Positions 18,725 to 28,616 of a stretch of 64,000 nucleotides of DNA are shown here, in pieces. Made by a program: the position numbers and the translations under genes. A model generated the notes under the pieces. The model ran no database searches, was not told the origin of the DNA, and saw nothing but the letters and a program-made list of their open reading frames with translations. Source of the DNA: an uncultured Acidobacteriota bacterium (lineage in GTDB: Bacteria > Acidobacteriota > Thermoanaerobaculia > Gp7-AA8); contig CAVUKB010000007.1 of the NCBI GenBank assembly GCA_963741955.1, positions 704,001-768,000 on the forward strand. The letters are read 5' to 3'. Position 1 is the stretch's first letter. The number at the start of each line of letters is the position of its first letter.

Positions 18725-19590
18725 TGATGGATCTGAAGGTCGGTGTCATCGGGGGGTCAGGTCTTTATCAGATGAAGGGACTGGAGGTGATCGAAGAGCG
18801 GAGCATCTCCACTCCGTTCGGAGAGCCTTCGGATCGCTTCGTGCTCGGGACCATCGACGGGACGGGCGTCGCGTTTCTCGCCCGTCACGGACGAGGGCAT
18901 CGCATCCTTCCGGGCGAGATCAATTTCCGCGCGAATCTCTACGCGTTCAAGACGCTCGGAGTGGAGAGCATCCTCTCGGTCTCCGCGGTCGGCTCGATGC
19001 GGGAAGACCTTCATCCGACCGACATCCTCTTTCCCGATCAGTTCATCGACCGGACCCGGCAGCGGCCGGACACGTTCTTCGGCAACGGGATCGCCGCGCA
19101 CGTCGCGTTCGCGGAGCCGACGTGCACCGAAGTGGCGCGCGCGGCGGCGGAAGTTGCGACGCGAACCGGAGCCACGAATCGGATGGGCGGAACGTACATC
19201 TGCATCGAAGGTCCGCAGTTCTCGACCCGGGCGGAGTCGCTTCTCTATCGCTCGTGGGGAGTCGACGTGATCGGGATGACCAATCTCCAGGAAGCGAAGC
19301 TGGCGCGCGAAGCGGAGATCTGCTACGCGACGATGGCGATGGTCACCGACTACGACTGCTGGCACGAGACGGAAGAAGCGGTGAACGTCGAGCAGGTGGT
19401 GGAGTATCTGAACCGGAACGCCGATACGGCGACCGCGATCATCCGTGAGACGGTTCCAAAGCTCGCGGCGCGCGAGCGAACCTGTCCCTGCGCCACCGCT
19501 CTTCGTTTCGGTATTCTCACCCAACCGGCGGCGATTCCGGAATCGGTGAAACGGGACCTGGCGCCGATCATCGGCAAGTACGTGTCATAG
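18724..19590 (+). CDS. mtnP: S-methyl-5'-thioadenosine phosphorylase
   Basis: GVIGGSG, TPFGEPS, LARHGRGH, IEGPQFSTRAES, GMTNLQEAKLAREAE, VTDYDCW. Confidence 0.95.
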   Translation: MMDLKVGVIGGSGLYQMKGLEVIEERSISTPFGEPSDRFVLGTIDGTGVAFLARHGRGHRILPGEINFRANLYAFKTLGVESILSVSAVGSMREDLHPTDILFPDQFIDRTRQRPDTFFGNGIAAHVAFAEPTCTEVARAAAEVATRTGATNRMGGTYICIEGPQFSTRAESLLYRSWGVDVIGMTNLQEAKLAREAEICYATMAMVTDYDCWHETEEAVNVEQVVEYLNRNADTATAIIRETVPKLAARERTCPCATALRFGILTQPAAIPESVKRDLAPIIGKYVS

Positions 19591-19623
19591 GGGCGGGAGC
19601 GCAGGGGCCCGACCTCGAGAGGC

Positions 19624-19727
19624 GTCCTCGACATAGTCCCACTATGCCTTCGTGGCCGAAGCGAGGCGCGCCTTGCATCCAGGCCACTCTCCGCCTCCTC
19701 GCGACGAGATGGTGTGAGACATGCGGG
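19624..19727. mobile_element. Partial copy of the 178-bp MITE (right end intact)
   Basis: CCTCGACATAGTCCCACTATGCCTTCGTGGCCGAAGCG...GCGACGAGATGGTGTGAGACATGCGGG matches 15290-15395. Confidence 0.8.
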
Positions 19728-19788
19728 CTGGCGGCGTCTGTCACAAACTGATAAGTTCCGCCCAGCATTTCTCGTGGAGGGGAAGACC

Positions 19789-20715
19789 GTGTCCATTCTC
19801 GTCGTCGGCAGTGTGGCATTCGATAGCATCGAAACTCCGTTCGGGCGCGCACAGCGCGCGATCGGCGGAAGCGCAACGTACTTTTCCGTCGCTGCATCTT
19901 TCTTCTCGGAAGTCCAGCTGGTCGGAGTGGTCGGTGACGATTTCACCGACCGCGACATGGAAGTCTTCGAGGGGCGGACGATCGACACCAGTGGCCTGGC
20001 TCGCGTGTCGGGGGCGAAGACCTTCTTCTGGAGCGGTGAGTACGGGTTCGATCTGAATACGGCGAAAACCCGCGAGACGCAGCTCAACGTCTTCGCCGAT
20101 TTCCGGCCCGTCCTTCCGGCCGCATTCCGGGAGCCTCAAGTCGTGTTTCTGGCGAACATCGATCCGGATCTTCAGCTCGAGGTTCTCGACCAGGTCGAGG
20201 GAATGCCGCTGGTCGCTCTCGATACCATGAACTTCTGGATCGCCTCGAAACGGGCGTCACTCGAAAAGGTGCTCGAGCGCGTGCATCTGGTGGTGATCAA
20301 CGAAGGAGAGGCGCGCCAGTTCACGAGCGAGCCGAACCTGGTGCGTGCCGCCCGGAAGATCCTGGAGCGCGGACCGGAGCGGGTGGTGATCAAGCGAGGG
20401 GAGTACGGAGTGCTGATGATCTCTCGCGACCACGTTTTCGCGGCGCCGGCATATCCGTTGGAGAACGTCTTCGACCCGACCGGAGCGGGAGATACGTTCG
20501 CCGGAGGCTTTCTCGGATATCTCGCCTCCACCGGCGAGTTCGACGATCGCGAAGTACGACGGGCGCTCGTGTTCGGGAGCGTGCTGGCGTCGTACAACGT
20601 CGAGTCGTTCTCGCTCGACCGGCTTCGCGAGATCTCCATCGGCGACATCGAGCGCCGTTATCGCGAGTTCAGGTCCCTGACTCACTTCGAAGACATCGTT
20701 GCGGCGCGCGCCTGA
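19789..20715 (+). CDS. PfkB-family sugar/nucleoside kinase
   Basis: GSVAFD, GGSATY, DPTGAGDTFAGG; GTG start after GGAGG. Confidence 0.92.
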   Translation: MSILVVGSVAFDSIETPFGRAQRAIGGSATYFSVAASFFSEVQLVGVVGDDFTDRDMEVFEGRTIDTSGLARVSGAKTFFWSGEYGFDLNTAKTRETQLNVFADFRPVLPAAFREPQVVFLANIDPDLQLEVLDQVEGMPLVALDTMNFWIASKRASLEKVLERVHLVVINEGEARQFTSEPNLVRAARKILERGPERVVIKRGEYGVLMISRDHVFAAPAYPLENVFDPTGAGDTFAGGFLGYLASTGEFDDREVRRALVFGSVLASYNVESFSLDRLREISIGDIERRYREFRSLTHFEDIVAARA

Positions 20716-22397
20716 TACACTGCGCGTCCGCCGACGATCGTCTCCTCGACCTTCGTAGAGAAGAGCGTCGACGGATCGCGCTGGAAGAGATCTCCGTCGA
20801 CGATGGTGAAGTCGGCGAGTTTCCCCGGCTCGATCGTTCCGCGACTCTTCTCCTGGAATGACGCGAACGCCGCTCCCTGAGTGAACGCGTCGATCGCCTC
20901 GCGCAGCGTGAGACGCTCCTCCGGATGCCATCCGCCCGCGGGCCAACCCTTCTGGTCCTGACGGGTGACCGCGGCGTGGATGCCGAAGAAGGGATTGACC
21001 GCTTCGACCGGGAAGTCCGACCCGAATGCGAGTGGAATTCCGTGATCGAGCACCTTGCGCCATGCGTAGGCGCCCTTGATCCGTTCCTTTCCAATCCGGG
21101 TCTCGGCCCACTCCATGTCGGACGTGGCGTGAGTCGGCTGCATCGACGCGATGATGCCGCGAGCCGCGACCCGCGGGAGATCCTCGAGTGCGATCACCTG
21201 AAGATGCTCGATCCTGAAGCGGTCGGCCGGAGTGACGCCGGCTTCTTCGTACGCCTCGATGGTGCGGCGGTTGCCGCGATCGCCGATGGCGTGCGTGTTC
21301 ACCTGGAATCCCGCGGCCCGGGCGCGTCGCGCGACGTCGAGGATGTGCTCGGGAGTGGTGGTGAGGAGTCCGGTATTGTCCGGATCGTCGTCGTACGGCG
21401 CGAGGAGCGCGGCGCCGCGGCTGCCGAGCGCTCCGTCCGCATACATCTTCACGGAGCGGACCGTCAGACGTCCGCCGTAATCGATCAGCGGCCCCTTCGC
21501 GAACCAGCGGTCTTCCAGCCATTCGCCGCCGGGAAGCTCCTGATCCGAGACCATGGCGTAGACGCGGATCGGCATCCGCCCTTCGTCGATCAGCTCGCGA
21601 TAAAGGTCGATGGTCTCCTGATCGACGCCCGCGTCGTGAACTTCGACCAAACCGTTGCGGGCGATGTCGTGAAGAGCATTTTCCAGACGGCTCTTCCGGG
21701 TGGCGCGGCTGGGAGGAGGGATGATCCGATCGACGAGCGCCATCGCGTTGTCGACGAAGACTCCGGTGGGGTGACCGTTCGCGTCCCGGATGATCTTTCC
21801 ACCTTCGGGATCCTTCGTTTCGGCGGTGATCCCGGCGGCGAGGAGCGCAGCGGTGTTCGCCACGCCGGCGTGACCATCGACGCGGCGGAGCCAGACCGGA
21901 TGAGTGGTGGTCGCGGCGTCGAGTTGCGATGCGGTCGGGAAACGCTTCTCGGCCCAGTCGTTCTGATCCCATCCGCGTCCGAGGATCCATTCGGTCTTCG
22001 GTGTGGAAGGGGCCCGTTCGGAGACGCGCTGCACGACTTGATCGAACGACTCCGTTCCGACCAGGTCGACGTTCGCGAGCGCCTCTCCCAGACCCATGAC
22101 GTGGACGTGCGCGTCGGTGAGGCCCGGGAGAACGGTCATGTCGCGGGCATCGATCACCCGGGCGGCGGGCCACTTCGCCGCCGCTTCCTCCGGAGAGACG
22201 ACGGCTTCGATCCGGTCGCCCCGGACGATCACGCTTCGATCGTGGAGCACGTCGTGCCCGGTGTAGATGGTGCCGCCGTCGATCCTCAGAAGGTCGGGCG
22301 CGGCCGGAGAGCCGGCGGACGGAAGAGACTGGTTCATCGTGCCTCCGGCGCAGGCGACGAAAATGAGGGTAAGAGCGGCGAAAAATGGGCTGCGCAT
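20682..22397 (-). CDS. Metal-dependent amidohydrolase (YtcJ-like, Amidohydro_3)
   Basis: PGLTDAHVH, HAIGD, RIEH, MQPTH, FGSDFPV, GKLADF; lipoprotein-like N-terminus. Confidence 0.92.
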   Translation of the reverse strand: MRSPFFAALTLIFVACAGGTMNQSLPSAGSPAAPDLLRIDGGTIYTGHDVLHDRSVIVRGDRIEAVVSPEEAAAKWPAARVIDARDMTVLPGLTDAHVHVMGLGEALANVDLVGTESFDQVVQRVSERAPSTPKTEWILGRGWDQNDWAEKRFPTASQLDAATTTHPVWLRRVDGHAGVANTAALLAAGITAETKDPEGGKIIRDANGHPTGVFVDNAMALVDRIIPPPSRATRKSRLENALHDIARNGLVEVHDAGVDQETIDLYRELIDEGRMPIRVYAMVSDQELPGGEWLEDRWFAKGPLIDYGGRLTVRSVKMYADGALGSRGAALLAPYDDDPDNTGLLTTTPEHILDVARRARAAGFQVNTHAIGDRGNRRTIEAYEEAGVTPADRFRIEHLQVIALEDLPRVAARGIIASMQPTHATSDMEWAETRIGKERIKGAYAWRKVLDHGIPLAFGSDFPVEAVNPFFGIHAAVTRQDQKGWPAGGWHPEERLTLREAIDAFTQGAAFASFQEKSRGTIEPGKLADFTIVDGDLFQRDPSTLFSTKVEETIVGGRAVYQARAATMSSK

Positions 22398-22518
22398 CGG
22401 TTCTCCATCGAGTTTTTCGTCCTTCGGAGTCGTGACGGCTGTCACGCTGGCCAGGAATGAAGTAACATTATCTTATTCCGGAATCGAAGAGTTGCGAATG
22501 TGGTTCGAGAGTACACAG

Positions 22519-23181
22519 ATGAAACGCATCGTGATCATGTCCCTCGCCCTCGGAATGGCGCTGCCTCTGGCGGCGTCGGACCGGAAGTTCGCGGCGAGCA
22601 CGCTTTCCGGCGTCCGGATCCAGCAGAGCGGGCGGATCGTGATCACGAACGAGCGCAATTCGATCGTGGCGTACCAGTTCGACGGGGATATCCGGCACGC
22701 CCTGGTACGGCTGCGATCGACATCCGGGACTCTCCACTACCGTCCCTTCGGGAGCGTGATCTACGAGTCGGATGCATCCGTGCCGGGGAGTGTCCCTCCG
22801 CAGGTCGCGAAGCTGATCGCCGAAGCGTCCCGCGAGCATGGAATCGACCCGCGTCTGGTGACCGCTCTCGCGCGTCAGGAGTCGGGGTTCGATCCCTCCG
22901 CGGTCTCGCGGGTGGGAGCGCGCGGGGTGATGCAGCTGATGCCACAGACCGCGCAGTACCTCGGCGTGAAGGACGTGAACGACGTCCGGCAGAACATTTT
23001 CGGAGGAGTCCGGTATCTTCGCCAGCTGCTGGACGTCTTCAAGGGCGACCTCGATCTGACGCTCGCCGCGTACAACGCGGGGCCTGGCGCGGTCGAGCAC
23101 TACGGCGGCGTCCCTCCGTATGGCGAGACGGTCGCCTACGTCGCGTCGGTGCGGCGGATGTACGAAGCGTTCATCCGGTAG
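22519..23181 (+). CDS. Lytic transglycosylase (SLT domain)
   Basis: Signal peptide; ARQESGF, GARGVMQLMP, LAAYNAGPG, PPYGET. Confidence 0.92.
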   Translation: MKRIVIMSLALGMALPLAASDRKFAASTLSGVRIQQSGRIVITNERNSIVAYQFDGDIRHALVRLRSTSGTLHYRPFGSVIYESDASVPGSVPPQVAKLIAEASREHGIDPRLVTALARQESGFDPSAVSRVGARGVMQLMPQTAQYLGVKDVNDVRQNIFGGVRYLRQLLDVFKGDLDLTLAAYNAGPGAVEHYGGVPPYGETVAYVASVRRMYEAFIR

Positions 23182-23259
23182 CGGACGAGGAAGGCTCGCG
23201 CCGGTTCATGGCGGCATTCAGGCCGGTTCCCGGCAGGTTACGACAGGATCGACGTGGAA

Positions 23260-23567
23260 ATGGCCGATTTAGCGATCGATGTTCCTCGCGAGCGGCTGGC
23301 GGAACTCGCCGAACGGTGGAGAATCACGGAGCTATCGCGGTGTTCGGCTCTGTCACGCGTGCGGATTTTCGGCCGGACAGCGACATCGACATCCTGGTCA
23401 CGTTTGCGACGGACGCGCGATGGAGCTTATGGGATTTCATCGATCTGAAGACTGAGCTGCAGTCACTGCTCGGCCATTCCGTCGATCTCATCGAAAAGCG
23501 AGCGCTGAAGAATCCCTATCGTCGGCGCGGCATCCTCGAATCCGCCAGAGTGATCTATGCGGCCTGA
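23260..23567 (+). pseudogene. MNT (minimal nucleotidyltransferase) antitoxin, frameshifted
   Basis: MADLAIDVPRERLAELAERWRITEL in one frame continues as AVFGSVTRADFRPDSDIDILV (GSx10DxD) in another; break at about 23336; span 308 bp is not a multiple of 3. Confidence 0.85.
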
Positions 23568-23906
23568 TAACGCGGATCTCGGCTACGTCTGGGACATGCT
23601 CCAGGCCGCGCACGAGGTGGTCGAGTTCATCCACGACGTTGACTACGAGAATTACGTGGGGAATCTCATGCTGGTGCCGTTGAGCGTTCGGTCCAGATTA
23701 TCGGCGAGGCCGCGAACCGCGTAAGTTCCGAATTCCGCCGAGGAAATCCGGAGATCCCGTGGCAGAAAATCGCCGACCAGCGGCACGTTCTGGTTCACGA
23801 CTATGGAGAAATCGACCAGTCCCGGATCTGGAATCTCGTTCGCAGCCGGATTCCGGCCCTCATCCCGTCGCTTCAGGCGATCGTCGACCGCAATCCTCCG
23901 CGATAG
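23557..23906 (+). pseudogene. HEPN (DUF86/HepT-like) RNase toxin, frameshifted
   Basis: MRPDNADLGYVWDMLQAAHEVVEF...NLML then, after a shift at about 23674, AVERSVQIIGEAANRVS...IPWQKIADQRHVLVHDY (Rx4HxY); overlaps the MNT stop. Confidence 0.85.
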
Positions 23907-23931
23907 CCGCGGCTCCTGATCTCCCTCACGT

Positions 23932-25125
23932 TCACACGTCGCTCGTCATGATGAAGACCGGCTGACGGTAGAAGTCGTAGACCGGACGGAGACGTTCGGT
24001 GTTGTAGTAGCGGAGCACGTCGACGACCTTCTTGCGGCCAGTGACCACGTCGATCGGCACGTTGTCGTAGACGCCGTTCCGCAGGCTCACCAGACGTCCG
24101 TTCACCTTCCGCAGGACCAGGTCGAGGGCGAGGTTGCCGAACGCCATCGGGACGATGGAATCGAGCGCGTCGGGATCACCGGAGCGGACCAGATATCCGA
24201 GCCGCTGGTTCACGACGTTGATCCTTCGCCCGTTGTTGAACTTCGGCGAGACTTCCTTGAGCTGCGTCGCGACCTTGTCGCCGATCCCGCCGAGCTTCTT
24301 GTGACCGTACTGGTCGACCTCTTCCCCCTCGAACGACATCTCTTCGTGCTCCAGCATCCTCGCGCCTTCAGAGACGAGGACGACGCTGTAGTGGCTCGGA
24401 TGACGATTCCGGTCGTAGATCAGGAGATCGGTCAGGAGCTCGACGTCGAACGGCGACTCGGGGATCACGCAGCGATCCGCGGCGCCGGCCATGGTGGGGA
24501 GAAGCGCGGTGTAACCGGCGTAGCGCCCGAAGACTTCGATGACGAGGAACCGCTCGTGAGAGCCGGCGGTGGTACGCAGCTTGTGCGCGAGCTCGATGGT
24601 TCGGGTGACGCAGGTGCTGAATCCGATGCAGTAATCGGTACCCGGGACGTCGTTGTCCATCGTCTTGGGGATCGCGACGACGTTCACTCCCTCACGGTGC
24701 AGGCGCTGTGCGTAGCTGAGGGTGTCGTCGCCGCCGATCGGGATCAGGTAGTCGATTCCGAGGTACTCGATGTTCTTGAGGATGTCCGGGGTGACGTCGT
24801 TGATCTCGGAGGTGTAGCGATCCCGAAGGTGATGCGGTACGACCGGCTCAGGGAGATGGCTCGGGCGCGTTCTCGACGTGTGAAGAAACGTGCCGCCGGT
24901 TCGTCCGGCGCGGTTGACGATGTCCTCGCTCAGCACCTGGACGTTGTCGCCGTTGTCGGCGTCCTTCTCCGGGATCAGATCGACCAGCCCGGCCCAGCCA
25001 CGCCGGATGCCGAGGACCCGGTATCCCTCGCGGATCGCGCGGATGGTGATGGCGCGGATCGCAGGATTGAGACCGGGGACGTCACCTCCCCCGGTGAGAA
25101 TCGCAATGGTGCCTTTGGATGCCAT
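23932..25125 (-). CDS. 6-phosphofructokinase, probably PPi-dependent
   Basis: TGGGDVPGLN, GGTFLHTSR, GGDDT and PKTMDND (Asp/Lys signature associated with PPi-PFKs), EVFGRYAG, LGYLVRSG. Confidence 0.92.
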   Translation of the reverse strand: MASKGTIAILTGGGDVPGLNPAIRAITIRAIREGYRVLGIRRGWAGLVDLIPEKDADNGDNVQVLSEDIVNRAGRTGGTFLHTSRTRPSHLPEPVVPHHLRDRYTSEINDVTPDILKNIEYLGIDYLIPIGGDDTLSYAQRLHREGVNVVAIPKTMDNDVPGTDYCIGFSTCVTRTIELAHKLRTTAGSHERFLVIEVFGRYAGYTALLPTMAGAADRCVIPESPFDVELLTDLLIYDRNRHPSHYSVVLVSEGARMLEHEEMSFEGEEVDQYGHKKLGGIGDKVATQLKEVSPKFNNGRRINVVNQRLGYLVRSGDPDALDSIVPMAFGNLALDLVLRKVNGRLVSLRNGVYDNVPIDVVTGRKKVVDVLRYYNTERLRPVYDFYRQPVFIMTSDV

Positions 25126-25451
25126 GAGCTCCTCCTGGATGGCCCCGATGTTCCGGGGCAGCCGCCGTCTCCCGGCGGTCCGACAGCGGGTCACGATAGC
25201 ACTTTCGCGCGGATCCGCGTACCCGTTCGGTCAAAGCCCTCCGATAGGATTTCCGGCGACCGGGGGCGCTGATGCCCGGGACATCAAATCGCGAGCCAAC
25301 CGCTCGCGGCCTATTCGACGGGTCTCGCACGAATTCCGGCCTGCGGGAAAAGCGGCGTGTCGTCCCGGTTGCGAGCTGAACCTCAGTCACCAAGTGGTTA
25401 CGAATCGCATCGTGCCGGGTACCGATTTCCGCCGCCCCAGGCACTCCTGAA

Positions 25452-25937
25452 GTGGAAGGGTCAAACATGCACGGACTTCGATCTGCGTGCGCGCGGGCAA
25501 ACTGGGCACACCACTCGTGTCCCGCCTCCACCTGCAGAAAGCACTCCGGCGAGTGTAACGTCGTTGGTGGAGTTATCACCGATCCAGGTTCGAATTTCGG
25601 CCTCTGCGTCAGCATTGATGCACCGGCGCACTATCTGCGTGTCGCTCACATGAATTCCGACGGTGGTGCATATCCTCAATGGAGCGGATATCGAACTGAC
25701 GTGACGCAGAGATCGGGTACGTCCTTCGCTGTTCCATTCGTCGCCGGGATGGTTGCCAGACTCCTGGAGAAGTACCCGGGGCTGCCCGCAGCCCCGGAAC
25801 TCAACCCGAGCAACCCGAGCTTGAATGTGTGGACCTACTTGAAGAACCGGGCTCTTGCGAGGAACCCACAACCAGCCGACATCGACCCATCATCCAACAT
25901 AAACCACCTGCTCGTATACATGTCGGATCTCGACTAG
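25452..25937 (+). pseudogene. Truncated S8 (subtilisin-like) protease C-terminal remnant
   Basis: GSNFGLCVSIDAPA...SGTSFAVPFVAGMVARLL (catalytic Ser motif)...VWTYLKN...HLLVY; no signal peptide, catalytic Asp or His motif. Confidence 0.75.
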
Positions 25938-25945
25938 GAGGAGCT

Positions 25946-26764
25946 GTGAAACGACTCGTCATGCTGATACTTGCGGCGACGCTCGGATCGTCCGTCGTGT
26001 ACGCCCAGGAACTGAGCTATCAGAAGATACTATTACCGCTGAGGCCGCGCGGTGTGGTGAACGGAGCTTATGGGTCGCAGTGGCGGACCTCACTGATCGT
26101 ATTGAATCGGTCCGGGGAGCCCGTGATGATCGTTCCGCCTCTGAGTGGATGTCAGATCCTTTGTCCCCCTGAGGGAGAGGGTCCACCGACGCTGCCCGGA
26201 GTCAGCTTCAACCCCTATATATTCACGCTTCCGGATACGCTCTCGGGGGAAGGCTTTTTCGTCTATGTCGATCGTGCTCACGCGGCCGACGTGGCGTTTC
26301 AGCTCAACACAAGGGACCTGTCCCGAGAGGCCGAAACCCGAGGAACTGAAGTTCCCGTCGTGCGTGAAGGGGAGTTCTTCACCGGTACGAGGTCCCTTCT
26401 CGGCATTCCGGTCGATGCGCGGTTCCGGGTATCTCTGCGGATTTACGACGGCGATAATTCCGACGCCGATGCAAGCGCCACCGTTCGATTCTTTGAAGAA
26501 TACGGAGCTCAGGTCGATTCCGGGGAGCCGGATCGGTTGCTACTCGAGGAGACGATCCCGTTTCAATATCCGACGTCCGCGGAGAGCCGACGCGCGCAGC
26601 CTGGGTACATCTACCTCCCGGACTTGGCAATGATACCGGAATTGGCAGGGATATCCACGATCCGGATCGACGTCGAGTCGGCGCAGTCGGGACGTCATCT
26701 GTGGACATTCGCGAGTGTGACGAATAATCAGACGCAACACGTCACACTGATCACGCCTCAGTAG
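25946..26764 (+). CDS. Secreted protease-partner protein ('TNNxTQHVT' family), copy C
   Basis: GGAGG RBS and GTG start; signal peptide; ILLPLRPRGVVNGAYGSQWRT, RDLSRE...GTEVPVVRE, ends WTFASVTNNQTQHVTLITPQ; homologous to 48075..48896. Confidence 0.85.
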   Translation: MKRLVMLILAATLGSSVVYAQELSYQKILLPLRPRGVVNGAYGSQWRTSLIVLNRSGEPVMIVPPLSGCQILCPPEGEGPPTLPGVSFNPYIFTLPDTLSGEGFFVYVDRAHAADVAFQLNTRDLSREAETRGTEVPVVREGEFFTGTRSLLGIPVDARFRVSLRIYDGDNSDADASATVRFFEEYGAQVDSGEPDRLLLEETIPFQYPTSAESRRAQPGYIYLPDLAMIPELAGISTIRIDVESAQSGRHLWTFASVTNNQTQHVTLITPQ

Positions 26765-27090
26765 TATCGGAGCGGACCTATGGAATGAATGCAGGGCACC
26801 AGTGCCGAGATACGTCCCGGCATCGGCGCTCTGCGTCATTAGTGGTTCTGGCCACGTGATCCTCCAACACGGCTCCTCGACCGGGAGAGGCTGTGCGATG
26901 CGACGCCACTTCCTGAACATCGCTGCGATCTCTCGAGCCAGAGAGAATTCATGTTCGAGGTGCGCTCTCGTGCGGCACGATTCTCCCTCCAATGGAAAAG
27001 CAGACCGGGATACTTGGAAAGACGTCGAGAGTCAGGCTGAGACCGCGGTCGAAACGGCAAATCGTTCCAATCGCGCAAATCGATCCTCGT

Positions 27091-27945
27091 CTACTCTCCC
27101 CACTTGAGCTTCCTGCGCAGGACGTCGAAGTAGTTCTTGTTCGGCGATTGGACGAGAAGCACCGGTTCCTCCGAGCGGCGGATCCGCACCCGGCTCCGGT
27201 CGTTGATCGGGAGACCTTCCTGCCCGTCGAGGGTGAGGTAGATCTCCGGCTGGTCGGTCAGGAGGCCGATCTCGATCTCCAGCGAATCGGGAAGGACGAG
27301 AGGTCGATTGGTGAGTGTGTGTGGACAGATCGGAGTGATCAGGACCGCGCGCATGGTCGGATAGACGATCGGCCCTCCGGCGGAGAGGTTGTATGCCGTG
27401 GAGCCGGTGGGGGTGGAGACGATCAGGCCGTCCGCCCGGAACGTGGAGACGAACTGCCCGGCCACCTCGACCCGCATCTCGATGATTCGGGCGAGGGCGC
27501 TCTTGTTGATCACCGCGTCGTTGAGAACCCGGAAATGAAGGTCACGCGGACCGTGTCCACTGAGCGCGATGTCGAACGTCACCCGGGGCTCGGCTTCGAA
27601 GTTCCCTTCCAGGACGTCTTGCAGAAGAGTGGGGAACTCCTCCACCCGGATCTCGGTGAGAAAGCCGAGGGTTCCCATGTTCACGCCGATGATCGGGACG
27701 TCGCGCGGCGCGTAGCGGGCGACGGAGAGAAGCGTCCCGTCTCCTCCGAACGTGACGAGAATCTGACTCGCTGCGCCGAGCTCGGATTTCGGATGACATT
27801 CGGCGCTGCCGAGGCCGAGAGCTTCGGCGGTCATCGGATCGAAGCAGATCGAGTGTCCCTGCGCGCGGAGATCGTCGGCGGTCTTCGCCGCGTAGAGGAG
27901 GGCCTTCTGCGAGTTGATCTTCGCGGAGATACCGATGGTGGTCAT
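27091..27945 (-). CDS. nadK: NAD kinase
   Basis: FGGDGTLL, GTLGFL, VLND, DGLIVSTPTGSTAYNLSAGGP. Confidence 0.97.
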   Translation of the reverse strand: MTTIGISAKINSQKALLYAAKTADDLRAQGHSICFDPMTAEALGLGSAECHPKSELGAASQILVTFGGDGTLLSVARYAPRDVPIIGVNMGTLGFLTEIRVEEFPTLLQDVLEGNFEAEPRVTFDIALSGHGPRDLHFRVLNDAVINKSALARIIEMRVEVAGQFVSTFRADGLIVSTPTGSTAYNLSAGGPIVYPTMRAVLITPICPHTLTNRPLVLPDSLEIEIGLLTDQPEIYLTLDGQEGLPINDRSRVRIRRSEEPVLLVQSPNKNYFDVLRRKLKWGE

Positions 27946-28577
27946 GCGCCGCTCTCCCGGATACCGTCCCAGCGCAGTTCCCGCTTCTCGATCTCGATTC
28001 CGAAGAGGTCGAGGACCCGGAGCGCGAAGTGGTCGAGGAAATTCTCCCAGCTCTCACCGGCGTAGAAGGCGGGGATCGGAGGCATCACGATCGCTCCCGC
28101 GCGGGTGACCGCGACGATGTTCTCCGCGTGGATGAGGGAGAAGGGAGTCTCCCGCAGAGCGAGAACCAGGGGGCGCCGCTCCTTCAGGGTCAGGTCTGCA
28201 GCGCGCTGGATCAGCCCGCGCGAGGTGCCGTGGGCGATGGAAGCGAGCGTACCGGACGAACAGGGGACCACCGCCATTCCATCGACCGGGTAGGATCCGG
28301 AAGCGATGGTCGCGCCGATGTCGGAGATGGGGTGGTGGATGACCTTCGCGGCCGCGTCACTTCCGAGACCGCTCCGCTCGACGATCGCAGCCGGACTGCC
28401 GGCGGGGGGGTCGAGCTCGGAGGCCGCGACGCGGAGGGCGTTCGGGCTGACCACCAGGTGAATGCGCTCGACCTCTTCGGCATTCGCGGCCGCTCGCACG
28501 AGATGCACCGCGAGCGAGATGCCGGAGGCGCCGGAGATCCCGATGACGATCCGTTTCTTTCGCCCTTCTGACTTCAT
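27942..28577 (-). CDS. ubiX: Flavin prenyltransferase
   Basis: GISGASG, IASGS, PCSSGTL, RAADLTLKERR, RETP, PPIPAFY. Confidence 0.95.
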   Translation of the reverse strand: MKSEGRKKRIVIGISGASGISLAVHLVRAAANAEEVERIHLVVSPNALRVAASELDPPAGSPAAIVERSGLGSDAAAKVIHHPISDIGATIASGSYPVDGMAVVPCSSGTLASIAHGTSRGLIQRAADLTLKERRPLVLALRETPFSLIHAENIVAVTRAGAIVMPPIPAFYAGESWENFLDHFALRVLDLFGIEIEKRELRWDGIRESGA

Positions 28578-28616
28578 GGCTCCAGCGGAGGGACTATATC
28601 ACCGGCGCGAACGCCC

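Noticed and set aside
26765-27090. Possible gene remnant after partner C
   Set aside because: Atypical composition but no recognisable motif in any frame.
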